This document shows positions 14,780-25,432 of a DNA stretch of 32,000 nt, in pieces (the stretch's first letter is position 1; each line of letters begins with the position of its first letter). A model generated the notes under the pieces. The model did no database searches. It saw nothing but the letters and a program-made list of their open reading frames with translations, and was not told the origin of the DNA. The position numbers were made by a program, and so were the translations under genes. Source of the stretch: Pseudodesulfovibrio mercurii (GTDB lineage Bacteria > Desulfobacterota > Desulfovibrionia > Desulfovibrionales > Desulfovibrionaceae); contig NC_016803.1 of the NCBI RefSeq assembly GCF_000189295.2, forward strand, positions 840,001 through 872,000. The letters are read 5' to 3'.

Positions 14780-15706
14780 ATGAACCTCCAGGAACTCCTC
14801 TCCGCCGCCGGGACCCGACTCGACCGGCTCACCGCCCAGCTCTTCCCCGGCGTGTCCCCGGACCACCTCCGCCTGGCCGGGGGCGTCCTGCTCGGGCTGC
14901 TCGCCCTGATCCTGCTGCTCGTCGGCCTGCGCCTGTTGCGCCGCCCGGCGCACAACTCCCAGTCCACGCGCACGGGCATCCCGCGCACCCTGCAACAAAA
15001 GGGCGTGGTGGTGGACGTGCTGGCCGGGCCGGACGACGAGTCCGTGGCCGTGCGCTGCGTGATCACGGCGGTCAAGTCCAACGCCATCCGCTGCGAGATC
15101 ATCGAGCGGCTCGACGTCATCAGGACCAGGCCGGGCAACGACCTGGTCTGCGTGTTCGCGCCCATGAAGACGCGCAGGGGGCGGATCAATTCCTTCACGG
15201 CCACCCTGACGGAGTCGGACCGAGGGGGTCGCAGGGCCGACCAGCTGCTCCTTGCCGGGCCCACGGACTACGGGCTCATCCCGCGCCGCAAGCACCAGCG
15301 CAAGCGCGTGGCCGACCAGCAGTTCATCCGGGTCAAGCTGTGGACCGCCTCGCCCGAAACTTCGGAGCTGGCCTTCGAGGACGCGGCCCCGCAGATCGGG
15401 GTCAACTCCTTTGCCTCGGACGGCCCGGACCAGAGCGCCAACGCGGTCATCAACATCTCCGGCGGCGGGCTCGGCCTGTCCGTGCTCAACCGGCTCATCC
15501 CCGAGACCTGCACCGTGTCCACGCCGGTGGTCATCAACCTGTTCATGTTCCATTTCCGGGAAAAGACCTTCAAGCCCTACTGGTACGCGGGCGAGGTACG
15601 CTCCCTGGAGGACGGCCGCCCCGGCTTCACGCGCATGGGCATCGAGTTCACGGCCACGGCCCGGCCGGACCGGGATTCCGGCCGCCTGCACTGGATCGAC
15701 CTGTAG
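14780..15706 (+). CDS. Membrane-anchored PilZ domain protein (putative c-di-GMP receptor)
   Basis: 12 nt after mltC. One N-terminal TM segment (LAGGVLLGLLALILLLVGLRLL). RRKHQR (RxxxR) and NISGGG (NxSxxG) PilZ signature motifs. Confidence 0.7.
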   Translation: MNLQELLSAAGTRLDRLTAQLFPGVSPDHLRLAGGVLLGLLALILLLVGLRLLRRPAHNSQSTRTGIPRTLQQKGVVVDVLAGPDDESVAVRCVITAVKSNAIRCEIIERLDVIRTRPGNDLVCVFAPMKTRRGRINSFTATLTESDRGGRRADQLLLAGPTDYGLIPRRKHQRKRVADQQFIRVKLWTASPETSELAFEDAAPQIGVNSFASDGPDQSANAVINISGGGLGLSVLNRLIPETCTVSTPVVINLFMFHFREKTFKPYWYAGEVRSLEDGRPGFTRMGIEFTATARPDRDSGRLHWIDL

Positions 15707-15729
15707 GACCGCCCCACCTCCCCGAAACG

Positions 15730-15760
15730 AAAAGCCCCGGCCTTGCGACCGGGGCTTTTT
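15730..15760. terminator. Bidirectional rho-independent terminator
   Basis: AAAAGCCCCGG (15730-15740) / CCGGGGCTTTT (15749-15759). The A-run and T-run flanks serve both convergent genes. Confidence 0.85.
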
Positions 15761-15781
15761 CAGCGTCCTGTGGGAAAGGGC

Positions 15782-16138
15782 TCACCCTTTCTTGTTCACG
15801 AACCGCTCCTTGGCCAGCCGGGGCATGTTCCCGGCGCCGAAGCTGTAGCCCGCGATGCGCCGGTTCTGGCGCTTCATGCTGCTCAAATCCTTTTTCAGGG
15901 ACTGCCGCAGGGTGCGGGCCTCGTCCGTGATCCGGTCGTGCAGGGACTTCATTTCCACGAGCCTGTCGGCCAGCGGCTCCAGGTTCTCCCCGGCCAGACC
16001 GTCCACGGCCCGGTCCAGAATCTCTTCCCTGGAACGGGCGAGCCGTTCGGCCTCGAACACGTCTCCGGCCATCAGGGAATGGAGTTCCTTCCGGCCGATG
16101 GCCAGCGCCTCGTCGAGCATGCGGCTGCGTTCGGCCAT
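15782..16138 (-). CDS. Coiled-coil hypothetical protein (118 aa)
   Basis: ATG 16138 lies 2 nt after the stop of the upstream gene (16141). Charged heptad-like sequence. Size and composition are reminiscent of FlgN-type chaperones, but I recognise no diagnostic motif. Confidence 0.55.
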   Translation of the reverse strand: MAERSRMLDEALAIGRKELHSLMAGDVFEAERLARSREEILDRAVDGLAGENLEPLADRLVEMKSLHDRITDEARTLRQSLKKDLSSMKRQNRRIAGYSFGAGNMPRLAKERFVNKKG

Positions 16139-16140
16139 GC

Positions 16141-16743
16141 CTATTTCTTCACCTTGCGGATGTCGTCGCGCAGGGCCTTGATGACTTTTTTCCATTTTTC
16201 CACCGCGGGCAGAAATTCGTATTCCAGCAGGTCCGCCAACAGGATCCAGTCCTCGTTCTCGAGCACGGTGCTCATCTCGGTGAACATGGTGTTGAGTTCC
16301 TCGGCGCTCTCCAGGTAGTCCTTGTGATCCTTGAGGGAGTATTCGTCGCGCAGGATGCCGATCATGTTCAGGAAGTTGCGCATGACGTCGATCAGGTCCT
16401 GGTAGGTCTCCAGGGCCTCGGCGTCGTCGGCCTGGCGGAACAGGGCCGCCACGCGCTTGCCGCCCTCGCTCATGAGGTTGACCACCTTGTAGAGCTCCAG
16501 GGTGATCTCCACGGCCATGTCCTCGGTGGCCATGGTCACGATCTCCACGGACTCGACCTCGGACATGTCGATGTCCTCGGCCTGGTGGGGATAGATCTCG
16601 GTGAACGGCTCCTTGTTGACCATGACGTCGGTCACGATGCGGTCTTCCAGGTGCCCGTCCTCGACCACCTTGTTGAAAACCTGCTCCAGGTTCTCGAAAT
16701 TCTGTGCTCCGATATCATATTGTTTGCCATCGATGATGATCAT
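16141..16743 (-). CDS. Highly acidic hypothetical protein (200 aa)
   Basis: ATG 16743 has a GGAGGAG SD; the ORF-track start 16809 is a TTG without SD. Starts MIIIDGKQYDIG, followed by a helical D/E-rich region. Family not recognised. Confidence 0.6.
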   Translation of the reverse strand: MIIIDGKQYDIGAQNFENLEQVFNKVVEDGHLEDRIVTDVMVNKEPFTEIYPHQAEDIDMSEVESVEIVTMATEDMAVEITLELYKVVNLMSEGGKRVAALFRQADDAEALETYQDLIDVMRNFLNMIGILRDEYSLKDHKDYLESAEELNTMFTEMSTVLENEDWILLADLLEYEFLPAVEKWKKVIKALRDDIRKVKK

Positions 16744-16821
16744 GCTGACCTTCTCCTCCGTGAGTAGATAAAATTTGCCGTTTTCTCCGGTGCGAACCGG
16801 ATAATTCAAGATTCATGCCGC

Positions 16822-18369
16822 TCAGGCGAGGTCGTCGAGCAGGCCGGTGAGCAGAGCGGAGTGACGCTCGGCCACCGTCAGGAGGGAGGCGAGGTCGTCG
16901 CCTTGGCGCTGACTCTCGAACATCCACAACAACGCCAATATATTAAGGTAATTATTAGATGACAAGATGTTTTGCACCCGCTGCCAGGAGGCCAGGAACT
17001 TGGTTTTGGCCTGGGGCCGGGGGTTGATGCGCAACAGCGCGCCCTGCTGGGAGAGCAGGAAAAGCATGTCCCGCGCGCTCGTCAAAGTTTTGGACAGTTC
17101 CCGGCGCAGGGCTTCCCCCGGACGCGGGCCCGTCCCGGTCCGGCCCTCCGCAGTCCTTCCGTCCAGGAAGGCGCTGAAATGCGCCCGTTGCAGGCCGATC
17201 CACGCGGCCCTGTCCGTGGTCTCGTGCCCGGACAGGGAGTCGAGGTCCATGAACCCGTCCGGACCGACGCGCGTGCGCCAGATGCGCGCGCCGGGCACGG
17301 GGGCCGGTTCGCCGCCGTGCACCAGGGCGCGGGCGCAGCCGTACACGGCCTCCGGGGTCACCGCCCGGCGGCAGGCCTCGTCATGGGGGCAGGTCGTGCC
17401 GAACCCGCACGGATGGCAGTCCAGGTCCGGCTCCAGGCAGATGTTGCCCGCCCGGTACGGCCCGGTGTCCCAGGGCTGGGCCGTGGCCAGGAAGACCGCG
17501 CACAGTGGCACGCCCAGTCCGGCGGCCAGGTGCATGGTCCCGGTGTCGTTGGTCAGGAGCACCCGGCAGCGGCGCAGGACCCCGGCCAGTTCGGTCAGGG
17601 AGGTCCGGCCGATGCAGTCGATGAACGGGAACTCCGCGCCCTCGGCGAAGCGCGCGCCCAGTCCGGCCTCTCCTTTGCTGCCGAGCAGGACCGGTACCAG
17701 GCCGTCGCGCTCGTGAAGCATGCGGGCCGTCTCGATGAAATTTTCCACGGGCCAGCGGCGGCGGTCCTCGCTGGCCCCCAGTTGCAGGGCGGCAAATCCG
17801 TCCGGTCCGGCCTGTGCGGCCAGCAGCTCGTCGGCCCGCGCCAGGGCGTCCTCGCCGGGATCGGCCAAACCCAGGCCGTCGCCGCCGCCCGTCAGTCCGG
17901 CGGCCCGCAGAAAGAGATCGCAGACGTTGAACGGGCTGGCCCCCCGGTTGGCCCCGGCCATCTGCAGGAAGGCGGCCCAGGACGAGGTGTCCGCGTTGAA
18001 GCCGAACTCGTCCACGGTGAAGCCCGTGGTCACCCCGCCGGGCGGGGTCAGTCCGTAGGCCAGCAGCCGGGAGGCCACCGAGGGCGTCAGGTTCACGGTC
18101 TCGTCCGGCGCGAAGTCGGCGAAGACCGTGCGCCGGAACCCGTCCAGGTCGCGCACGGCCAGCCGCCAGTCCCGGTCCAGGCCGGACAGGAGTCCCGCGC
18201 CGGGAAAGGCGAAGACCCGGTCCACGCCCCGCAGCAGGGTGGCCGCCGTGGCGAAGTTGACCAGGCAGACCAGCCCCACCCGGTCCCCTCGGTCCTTGAA
18301 ACCGGCGATCACGGGCTGGGTCTGGATCAGGTCGCCGAAGCGGGTCAGGTTGATGATCAGGACGTTCAC
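16822..18369 (-). CDS. Glycosyltransferase family 9 (heptosyltransferase-like) with about 185-aa C-terminal helical extension
   Basis: GTG 18369 with a TAAGGAT SD. NVLIINLTRFGDLIQTQPV N-terminus and TNDTGTMHLAAGLGVP block are typical of GT9. Cys cluster CLEPDLDCHPCGFGTTCPHDEAC. The upstream 339 codons of ORF 16822..19386 are an R/P/G-rich artefact overlapping the DUF294 gene. Confidence 0.75.
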   Translation of the reverse strand: MNVLIINLTRFGDLIQTQPVIAGFKDRGDRVGLVCLVNFATAATLLRGVDRVFAFPGAGLLSGLDRDWRLAVRDLDGFRRTVFADFAPDETVNLTPSVASRLLAYGLTPPGGVTTGFTVDEFGFNADTSSWAAFLQMAGANRGASPFNVCDLFLRAAGLTGGGDGLGLADPGEDALARADELLAAQAGPDGFAALQLGASEDRRRWPVENFIETARMLHERDGLVPVLLGSKGEAGLGARFAEGAEFPFIDCIGRTSLTELAGVLRRCRVLLTNDTGTMHLAAGLGVPLCAVFLATAQPWDTGPYRAGNICLEPDLDCHPCGFGTTCPHDEACRRAVTPEAVYGCARALVHGGEPAPVPGARIWRTRVGPDGFMDLDSLSGHETTDRAAWIGLQRAHFSAFLDGRTAEGRTGTGPRPGEALRRELSKTLTSARDMLFLLSQQGALLRINPRPQAKTKFLASWQRVQNILSSNNYLNILALLWMFESQRQGDDLASLLTVAERHSALLTGLLDDLA

Positions 18370-18432
18370 GGGCCAAATCCTTATACATATGGAGGATGCG
18401 CCGTCGGAAAACCGCCGGACCGCGAGATCGTT

Positions 18433-18447
18433 GCAAAAAGGGAGCCG
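18433..18447 (-). promoter_or_regulatory. Sigma54-like -24/-12 element upstream of the GT9 gene
   Basis: Minus strand reads CGGCTCC-CTTT-TTGCA against consensus TGGCACG-N4-TTGCW. The GG-to-GC spacing is correct and 9 of 12 defined positions match. Starts right after the DUF294 stop. Confidence 0.3.
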
Positions 18448-18449
18448 AA

Positions 18450-19544
18450 TCAGAGGCCGGAACCGGCCTGGACAAGACGGACGAGCTTTTCCACGGCGTG
18501 GATGGCCGCCTTGAGCCTGCCCCGTTCGGCCTGGTCCAGGGCCGCCGGGTTGACGTAGTTGTGCGGCGGCAGCCCGGTGCGGTCGCACTCCAGGCCGATG
18601 TCGAGCCGCTTGCGCTGGAGGTATTCCCAGCCGTCCAGCAGGGCGCGGCCGTGCTGTTCGGCGATGTGTCCGGCCCCGGCCAGGGCGCGGATGCGCTCGC
18701 AGGTGTTGTGCGGGTGCACGCCGTACTTGAGGGCCAGGATGCGCGCGCTGTTGGTCAGGTGGGCCAGGACCGACTTCTTGATGTTCAGGTACCCGTGCCA
18801 CGGCCCCTCGCGCTCGGTGACGAAGGCCCCGAACAAGGTCAGGGGCAGCCGGTAGTCGGTCAACTCGCGGACCAGCAGGGACAGGGCGATGGGCTTGGTG
18901 CGGACGTACTCCCACAGCCGCTCGCGCATGCGCCGAACCTCGTCCTCGGCCCCGAACACGGCCTGGAAGTCGAGGATCAGCCCGGACTGCCACGGCCCCT
19001 TCTCCGCCGGATTGGACAGCCATCCGGTCAGCCGGGCGAGCCAGGTGTCGAAGTCCCCCCGCCACTCGGGGTTGGAGACCATGACCCCGCCGTCGCACAG
19101 GGCCAGCCCGGCCCCGTCCAGGGCGATGACGATGGACTGGGTGCAGTCGTCCATCTCGGCCTCGTCCACGGCCTCGTCCACGGCTTTCGGCACGAGCAGC
19201 CCGTTGTCCTGGTCCGAGCCGGGGACCATTTCCTCGCGGCCGCCCGAGCCGAACTCCATGAAGGTGCACCGGGCGAGCCATGGATATTCCGCCACGTGGG
19301 CTTCGAGCACGGCCGTGACCACGTCGCGGTTGAACCGGGTCAGCCGCCGACAGGTCTCCTCGGCGCCCGCCCCCCGGTCGAGCCACTCCCCGACCAGGTC
19401 GAGCCGGGTCCGGCGCAGTCCCGCCAGCTTGCCCTCGCGGGCCATGACCCGCAACTCGTCCAACAGGCCGTCCGGGACGCCGAAATCGCCGTTCACGGGG
19501 CTGTCGCCGTTCAAATTCACGTCCAAATCCTTGCTCCGTGGCAA
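18450..19544 (-). CDS. DUF294-type putative nucleotidyltransferase (DUF294 + DUF294_C), no sensor domains
   Basis: FGSGGREEMVPGSDQDNGLL is a Pol-beta-type NTase motif (GS...DxD). The helical C-terminal half is as in DUF294_C. The start is uncertain: 19544 is a TTG without SD, and GTG 19520 has an AAGGA SD 7 nt upstream and is more likely. Confidence 0.65.
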   Translation of the reverse strand: MPRSKDLDVNLNGDSPVNGDFGVPDGLLDELRVMAREGKLAGLRRTRLDLVGEWLDRGAGAEETCRRLTRFNRDVVTAVLEAHVAEYPWLARCTFMEFGSGGREEMVPGSDQDNGLLVPKAVDEAVDEAEMDDCTQSIVIALDGAGLALCDGGVMVSNPEWRGDFDTWLARLTGWLSNPAEKGPWQSGLILDFQAVFGAEDEVRRMRERLWEYVRTKPIALSLLVRELTDYRLPLTLFGAFVTEREGPWHGYLNIKKSVLAHLTNSARILALKYGVHPHNTCERIRALAGAGHIAEQHGRALLDGWEYLQRKRLDIGLECDRTGLPPHNYVNPAALDQAERGRLKAAIHAVEKLVRLVQAGSGL

Positions 19545-19586
19545 AAAGTCCGACCGTTGACCGGGAGAAACCGCCCGTTCGCCGCC

Positions 19587-19624
19587 GGGGCGATCCGCCC
19601 CGAACCCGCGACCGTCCGGGTTCG
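19587..19624. other. Two adjacent GC-rich hairpins in the divergent intergenic region
   Basis: GGGGCG-atc-CGCCCC (19587-19601) and CGAACCCG-cgaccgtc-CGGGTTCG (19601-19624). Confidence 0.4.
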
Positions 19625-19714
19625 ACCGCTTACCTGAAAACGGATGCTCCCCTTGTTTTCCCTACTGTAAAAGGGCTCCAACGGCAAACTTTCAACCGTA
19701 TGGGGGTAACCATC

Positions 19715-19981
19715 ATGGAACAGATCGAGAGAATTCGTAAACGACAACTGCAATTCGCGCTGGGCGTCGGCATTCCCTATTTCGCCTTCGTCATCGGCAT
19801 CTTCCTGCTCGTCTACCTGGCCAGCGCATGGGTAACCGGCATTTCCATCCTCGGTTTCCCCCTGCACTACTGGCTGGTGGCCGTCGCCATCTACCCGATC
19901 ACCTGGGGACTGTTCATCTGGTACGTGGGCAAGGCCAACCGCATCGAAGACGAAATAGCCGACACCGTCGAAGGAGAATAA
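19715..19981 (+). CDS. DUF4212 small membrane subunit of a sodium:solute symporter
   Basis: 88 aa with two TM segments. Its stop lies 1 nt before the symporter ATG. The pattern matches the small-subunit partner of VC_2705-type symporters. Confidence 0.7.
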   Translation: MEQIERIRKRQLQFALGVGIPYFAFVIGIFLLVYLASAWVTGISILGFPLHYWLVAVAIYPITWGLFIWYVGKANRIEDEIADTVEGE

Positions 19982-19982
19982 C

Positions 19983-21557
19983 ATGGAACTCGGATATCAG
20001 ATACCGGTCACGGCCCTGCTGCTCATCGGCTGCATGCTGGCCTTCACCGTGGTCACCACCTTCATGTTCCGTAGCCAGAAGACCTCGGCCGACTACTACC
20101 TGGCCGGACGCAAGGTCAATTCGTTCATCAACGCCTCGGCCATCTCCTCGGACTACCTGTCCGCGGCCTCCTTCCTGGGCGTGGCGGGCGTGGCCTTCCT
20201 GTTCGGCTTCGACGGCATCATCTACGCGCTGGGCTTCTTCGTGGGCTACATCGCCCTGCTCCTCTTCCTGGCCAGCCCCCTGCGCAAGTTCGGGCGCTAC
20301 ACCGTGCCCGACTTCGTCTCGGAGCGGTTCCACTCCAAACCCGCCCGCGTGCTCGGCGTGATCGGCGTGCTGTTCATCTCCCTCTTCTACATGGCCCCGC
20401 AGATGCTCGGCGCGGGCAAGGTCATGGGGCTGCTGCTCAACCTGGACTACTCCACGTCCATCGTCATCATCGCCTGCATCATCACCTTCTACGTCACCGT
20501 GGGCGGCATGAAGGCCACCACCGTCAACCAGCTGGTCCAGTTCTGGATCCTGTTCGGCGCCATGTTCCTGCTGGCCTTCATCCCCTTCATGATCAAGGGC
20601 TACACCTACACCGACGTGGTCAAGTTCCTGCACGACTTCAAGGGCGCCGCCCCCATCTCGGGCAAGGAGTTCGACGGCGCGGCCTACACCAGCCCGGCCT
20701 ACTGGCTGACCAGCCTCAAGGACACCCTGTCCCTGCTGCTCGCCCTCATGTTCGGCACCGCCGGACTGCCGCACATCCTGGTGCGCTTCTACACCGCCCC
20801 GGACGGCAAGGCCGCCCGCCGGACCGTCATCTACGTGCTCTTCCTCATCGGCATGTTCTACATCATGAGCCCCTACGTGGGCCACGTGATTCGCTACGTC
20901 TTCCTCAAGGGCGAGGCCATGGGCGTTTCCCCGCACCTCATGCAGTGGCTGGCCGACAACGGCAAGAACCTGGCCGTGCCCGTGGCGGGCTCCTACTTCG
21001 GCGGCCAGATCCTCCTCGGCATCGTGGTGGCCGGGGCCTTCGCCGCCATCCTGTCCACCGTGGCCGGGCTGATCATCGCCTGCGCCGGGGCCATCGGCCA
21101 CGACCTGGTGGTCAACGTCTTTAACCCGGACATGCCCGAACGCTCCCGCGTCAAGGTCGCCCGCATCGCCTCGGTCTGCGTGGGGCTGCTCGGCATCCCC
21201 CTGGGCTTCTGGGCCGAATCCATGCAGATCGCCATCCTCGTGGGACTCGCCTTCGCCATCGCCGCCTCGACCTTCTTCCCGGTCCTGGTCATGGGCGTGT
21301 GGTGGCCCAAGATGACCAAGGGCGGGGCCTGCGCTGGCCTGGTCACCGGCATCATCGGCTCCTTCGCCATGATCCTGGGCAAGTCCATGCTGCCGCACTT
21401 CCTGCAATACAACAATCCCGGCGGATTCGTCATGATCCTGACCTTCATCGCCATCTACGCGGTCTCCAAGATGGAGTACGCCGCCAAGGGCGAGGCCGCC
21501 CTGCCGCCCGACACCATGGAGGTCATGACCCTGCTCCACGGCCCCGAAAGAGCGTAA
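19983..21557 (+). CDS. Sodium:solute symporter family protein (VC_2705 / ActP-like large subunit)
   Basis: AAGGAGA SD. Polytopic, 524 aa. YYLAGRK near the N-terminus and VGGMKATTVNQLVQF are SSF-type blocks. Confidence 0.85.
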   Translation: MELGYQIPVTALLLIGCMLAFTVVTTFMFRSQKTSADYYLAGRKVNSFINASAISSDYLSAASFLGVAGVAFLFGFDGIIYALGFFVGYIALLLFLASPLRKFGRYTVPDFVSERFHSKPARVLGVIGVLFISLFYMAPQMLGAGKVMGLLLNLDYSTSIVIIACIITFYVTVGGMKATTVNQLVQFWILFGAMFLLAFIPFMIKGYTYTDVVKFLHDFKGAAPISGKEFDGAAYTSPAYWLTSLKDTLSLLLALMFGTAGLPHILVRFYTAPDGKAARRTVIYVLFLIGMFYIMSPYVGHVIRYVFLKGEAMGVSPHLMQWLADNGKNLAVPVAGSYFGGQILLGIVVAGAFAAILSTVAGLIIACAGAIGHDLVVNVFNPDMPERSRVKVARIASVCVGLLGIPLGFWAESMQIAILVGLAFAIAASTFFPVLVMGVWWPKMTKGGACAGLVTGIIGSFAMILGKSMLPHFLQYNNPGGFVMILTFIAIYAVSKMEYAAKGEAALPPDTMEVMTLLHGPERA

Positions 21558-21564
21558 CGCTCCT

Positions 21565-21690
21565 GTACCCTCTCCCCTCAAAGGGCGGGTCCGGCACCCC
21601 CGGCCCGCCCTGCTTTTTTGGGGGAGGGCCTCCGGCGGCCGCGGCACCGCCCCGGACCGCGCGCCGGAACCTTTTGGCGCCGCTTCGCGG
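21565..21690 (+). repeat. Intergenic repeat family, rearranged short copy C
   Basis: Pyrimidine arm CCCTCTCCCCTCAAAGGG and purine arm TTTTTTGGGGGAGGG bracket the terminator. Then head GCCTCCGGCGGCC (21628) and tail CTTTTGGCGCCGCTTCGCGG (to 21690). Confidence 0.65.
21583..21619 (+). terminator. Rho-independent terminator of the symporter operon
   Basis: GGGCGGG(t)CCGG / CCGGCCCGCC C stem with one bulge, followed by TGCTTTTTT. Confidence 0.75.
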
Positions 21691-21835
21691 AGGAGCTACG
21701 AAAATGAAAAAACGTGCGGAAGCGAAAGGACGTGCGGCTTCGCCCTTCATCGGCGTGCAAGGGAAGGGCTCTTCTTGACATGAACGGCGGGGGTACCTAC
21801 TTAAGGACGCACCACAACTTTCCAAGGAGAGCGAC

Positions 21836-22159
21836 ATGAATTACGATATTCGGCTGGTCAAACTGGTGAGCGGCGAGATGGTTGTCGGCAACTTCGTCGG
21901 CAGCGACATCGAGGACCCCGCCATCCTTCAGGCCATGCCCACCCAGCAGGGCACCCAGATGATCCTGCTGCCCTACGGCTACCCCTTCGACCAGGAGATG
22001 CAGGGCAAGATCGCCCAGGCCCACGTGCTCTTCGAGTACAAGAACTGCCCCGAGGAACTGAAGACCAAGTACATCGAGGCCAAAACCAACATCTCCATGT
22101 CCAGCGGCGGGCTCGACCTGTCCGGCCTGGGCGGCGGCGGTGGCCTCGATCTCGGCTAG
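21836..22159 (+). CDS. Hypothetical small protein with Gly/Leu/Asp repeat tail
   Basis: AAGGAG SD 8 nt upstream. 107 aa with ordinary codon bias. C-terminus SSGGLDLSGLGGGGGLDLG. Family not recognised. Confidence 0.6.
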   Translation: MNYDIRLVKLVSGEMVVGNFVGSDIEDPAILQAMPTQQGTQMILLPYGYPFDQEMQGKIAQAHVLFEYKNCPEELKTKYIEAKTNISMSSGGLDLSGLGGGGGLDLG

Positions 22160-22185
22160 CCGACCCGCGCGAAACCTGCTATCCC

Positions 22186-22227
22186 GGACGGGGCCGGTTC
22201 CACCGAACCGACCCCGTCCTTTCCGTT
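22186..22227 (+). terminator. Strong hairpin with weak T-tract between the small ORF and the radical SAM gene
   Basis: 15-bp stem GGACGGGGCCGGTTC / GAACCGACCCCGTCC (one mismatch), 4-nt loop, then TTTCCGTT. Confidence 0.5.
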
Positions 22228-22246
22228 CAACGTCAGCCCCGCGACC

Positions 22247-24789
<2,543 letters not shown>

Positions 24790-24793
<4 letters not shown>

Positions 24794-25242
24794 CCGAAGA
24801 ATCCCCTGCCCTTGCCGATGGTCACGGTCACCTGCCGGTAGACGTCCACCTCGCCGCCCGCCTCGGGGCTCATGCGGATGAGCACGTCGGTCGCGCCCTC
24901 GGCCAAGGCCGTGAACAGATAGCGCGCCCTGGGCTCGCCGTCGTCGTCATATTCCAGATACCGCTCCATGCGCAGCATCTCCGGGTCGAAGGCCGCCCCG
25001 GTGATGCGATACCCCTTGGCCGTCGGCCTGAGCACGTCCAGGGCGAAAACATCGTCCTTTTCCACGCTCAGTGCGGTGGCGTAGCCGTCGTCCAAAACAA
25101 TTGTTTCAACAGGGGATAACCCGCCATTCACTGAAGAAGAACCGGAGCATGCCGATAAAGCCAGAATAAAAAACGGACAAATCGCGAAAAATAGAATTTT
25201 TTTGAACAAGATTCGCTCCCACATGTGCGTCGTCAAATTCAT
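24790..25242 (-). CDS. Lipoprotein, possibly chagasin/I42-like inhibitor fold
   Basis: Signal peptide with lipobox LALSAC, then a small beta-rich domain. Resemblance to inhibitor I42 proteins is weak (PTAKGYRI, YLFTALAEGATDVLI). The start is either 25242 or 25224. Confidence 0.55.
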
Positions 25243-25432
25243 TACGCTATTGTTAAAGGCGTTCGAAGCGTGTATGACTGTTTTGTTTTCGTTCGGAAAA
25301 ACTACGCTGTCCCGGGGGATTTTCGCAACCCCCGGAAGAACGGGTTTTTTCGGACCGCGTCGTGTGGACGCAAGAGAGGTATGGTACGCGCCTGTGCTGG
25401 CGCAATCGGATCAATTTATGGAGGAATCACCT

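Noticed and set aside
18370-19386. N-terminal extension of ORF 16822..19386 upstream of the GT9 domain
   Set aside because: It overlaps the DUF294 gene in another frame and has R/P/G-rich composition. The GT9 homology begins exactly at GTG 18369, which has its own SD.
10139-21690. Repeat copies as a CRISPR array or as protein-coding Pro/Gly-rich mini-genes
   Set aside because: Copies are kilobases apart, not regularly spaced, differ in length, and there are no cas genes. The ORFs they create have no start or SD context and are low-complexity in every frame.
25382-25398. Sigma54-like TGGTACG...GTGC upstream of the ABC SBP gene
   Set aside because: GG-to-GC spacing is 12 rather than the consensus 11, and the -12 element is GTGC rather than TTGC. 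This is too weak to report.
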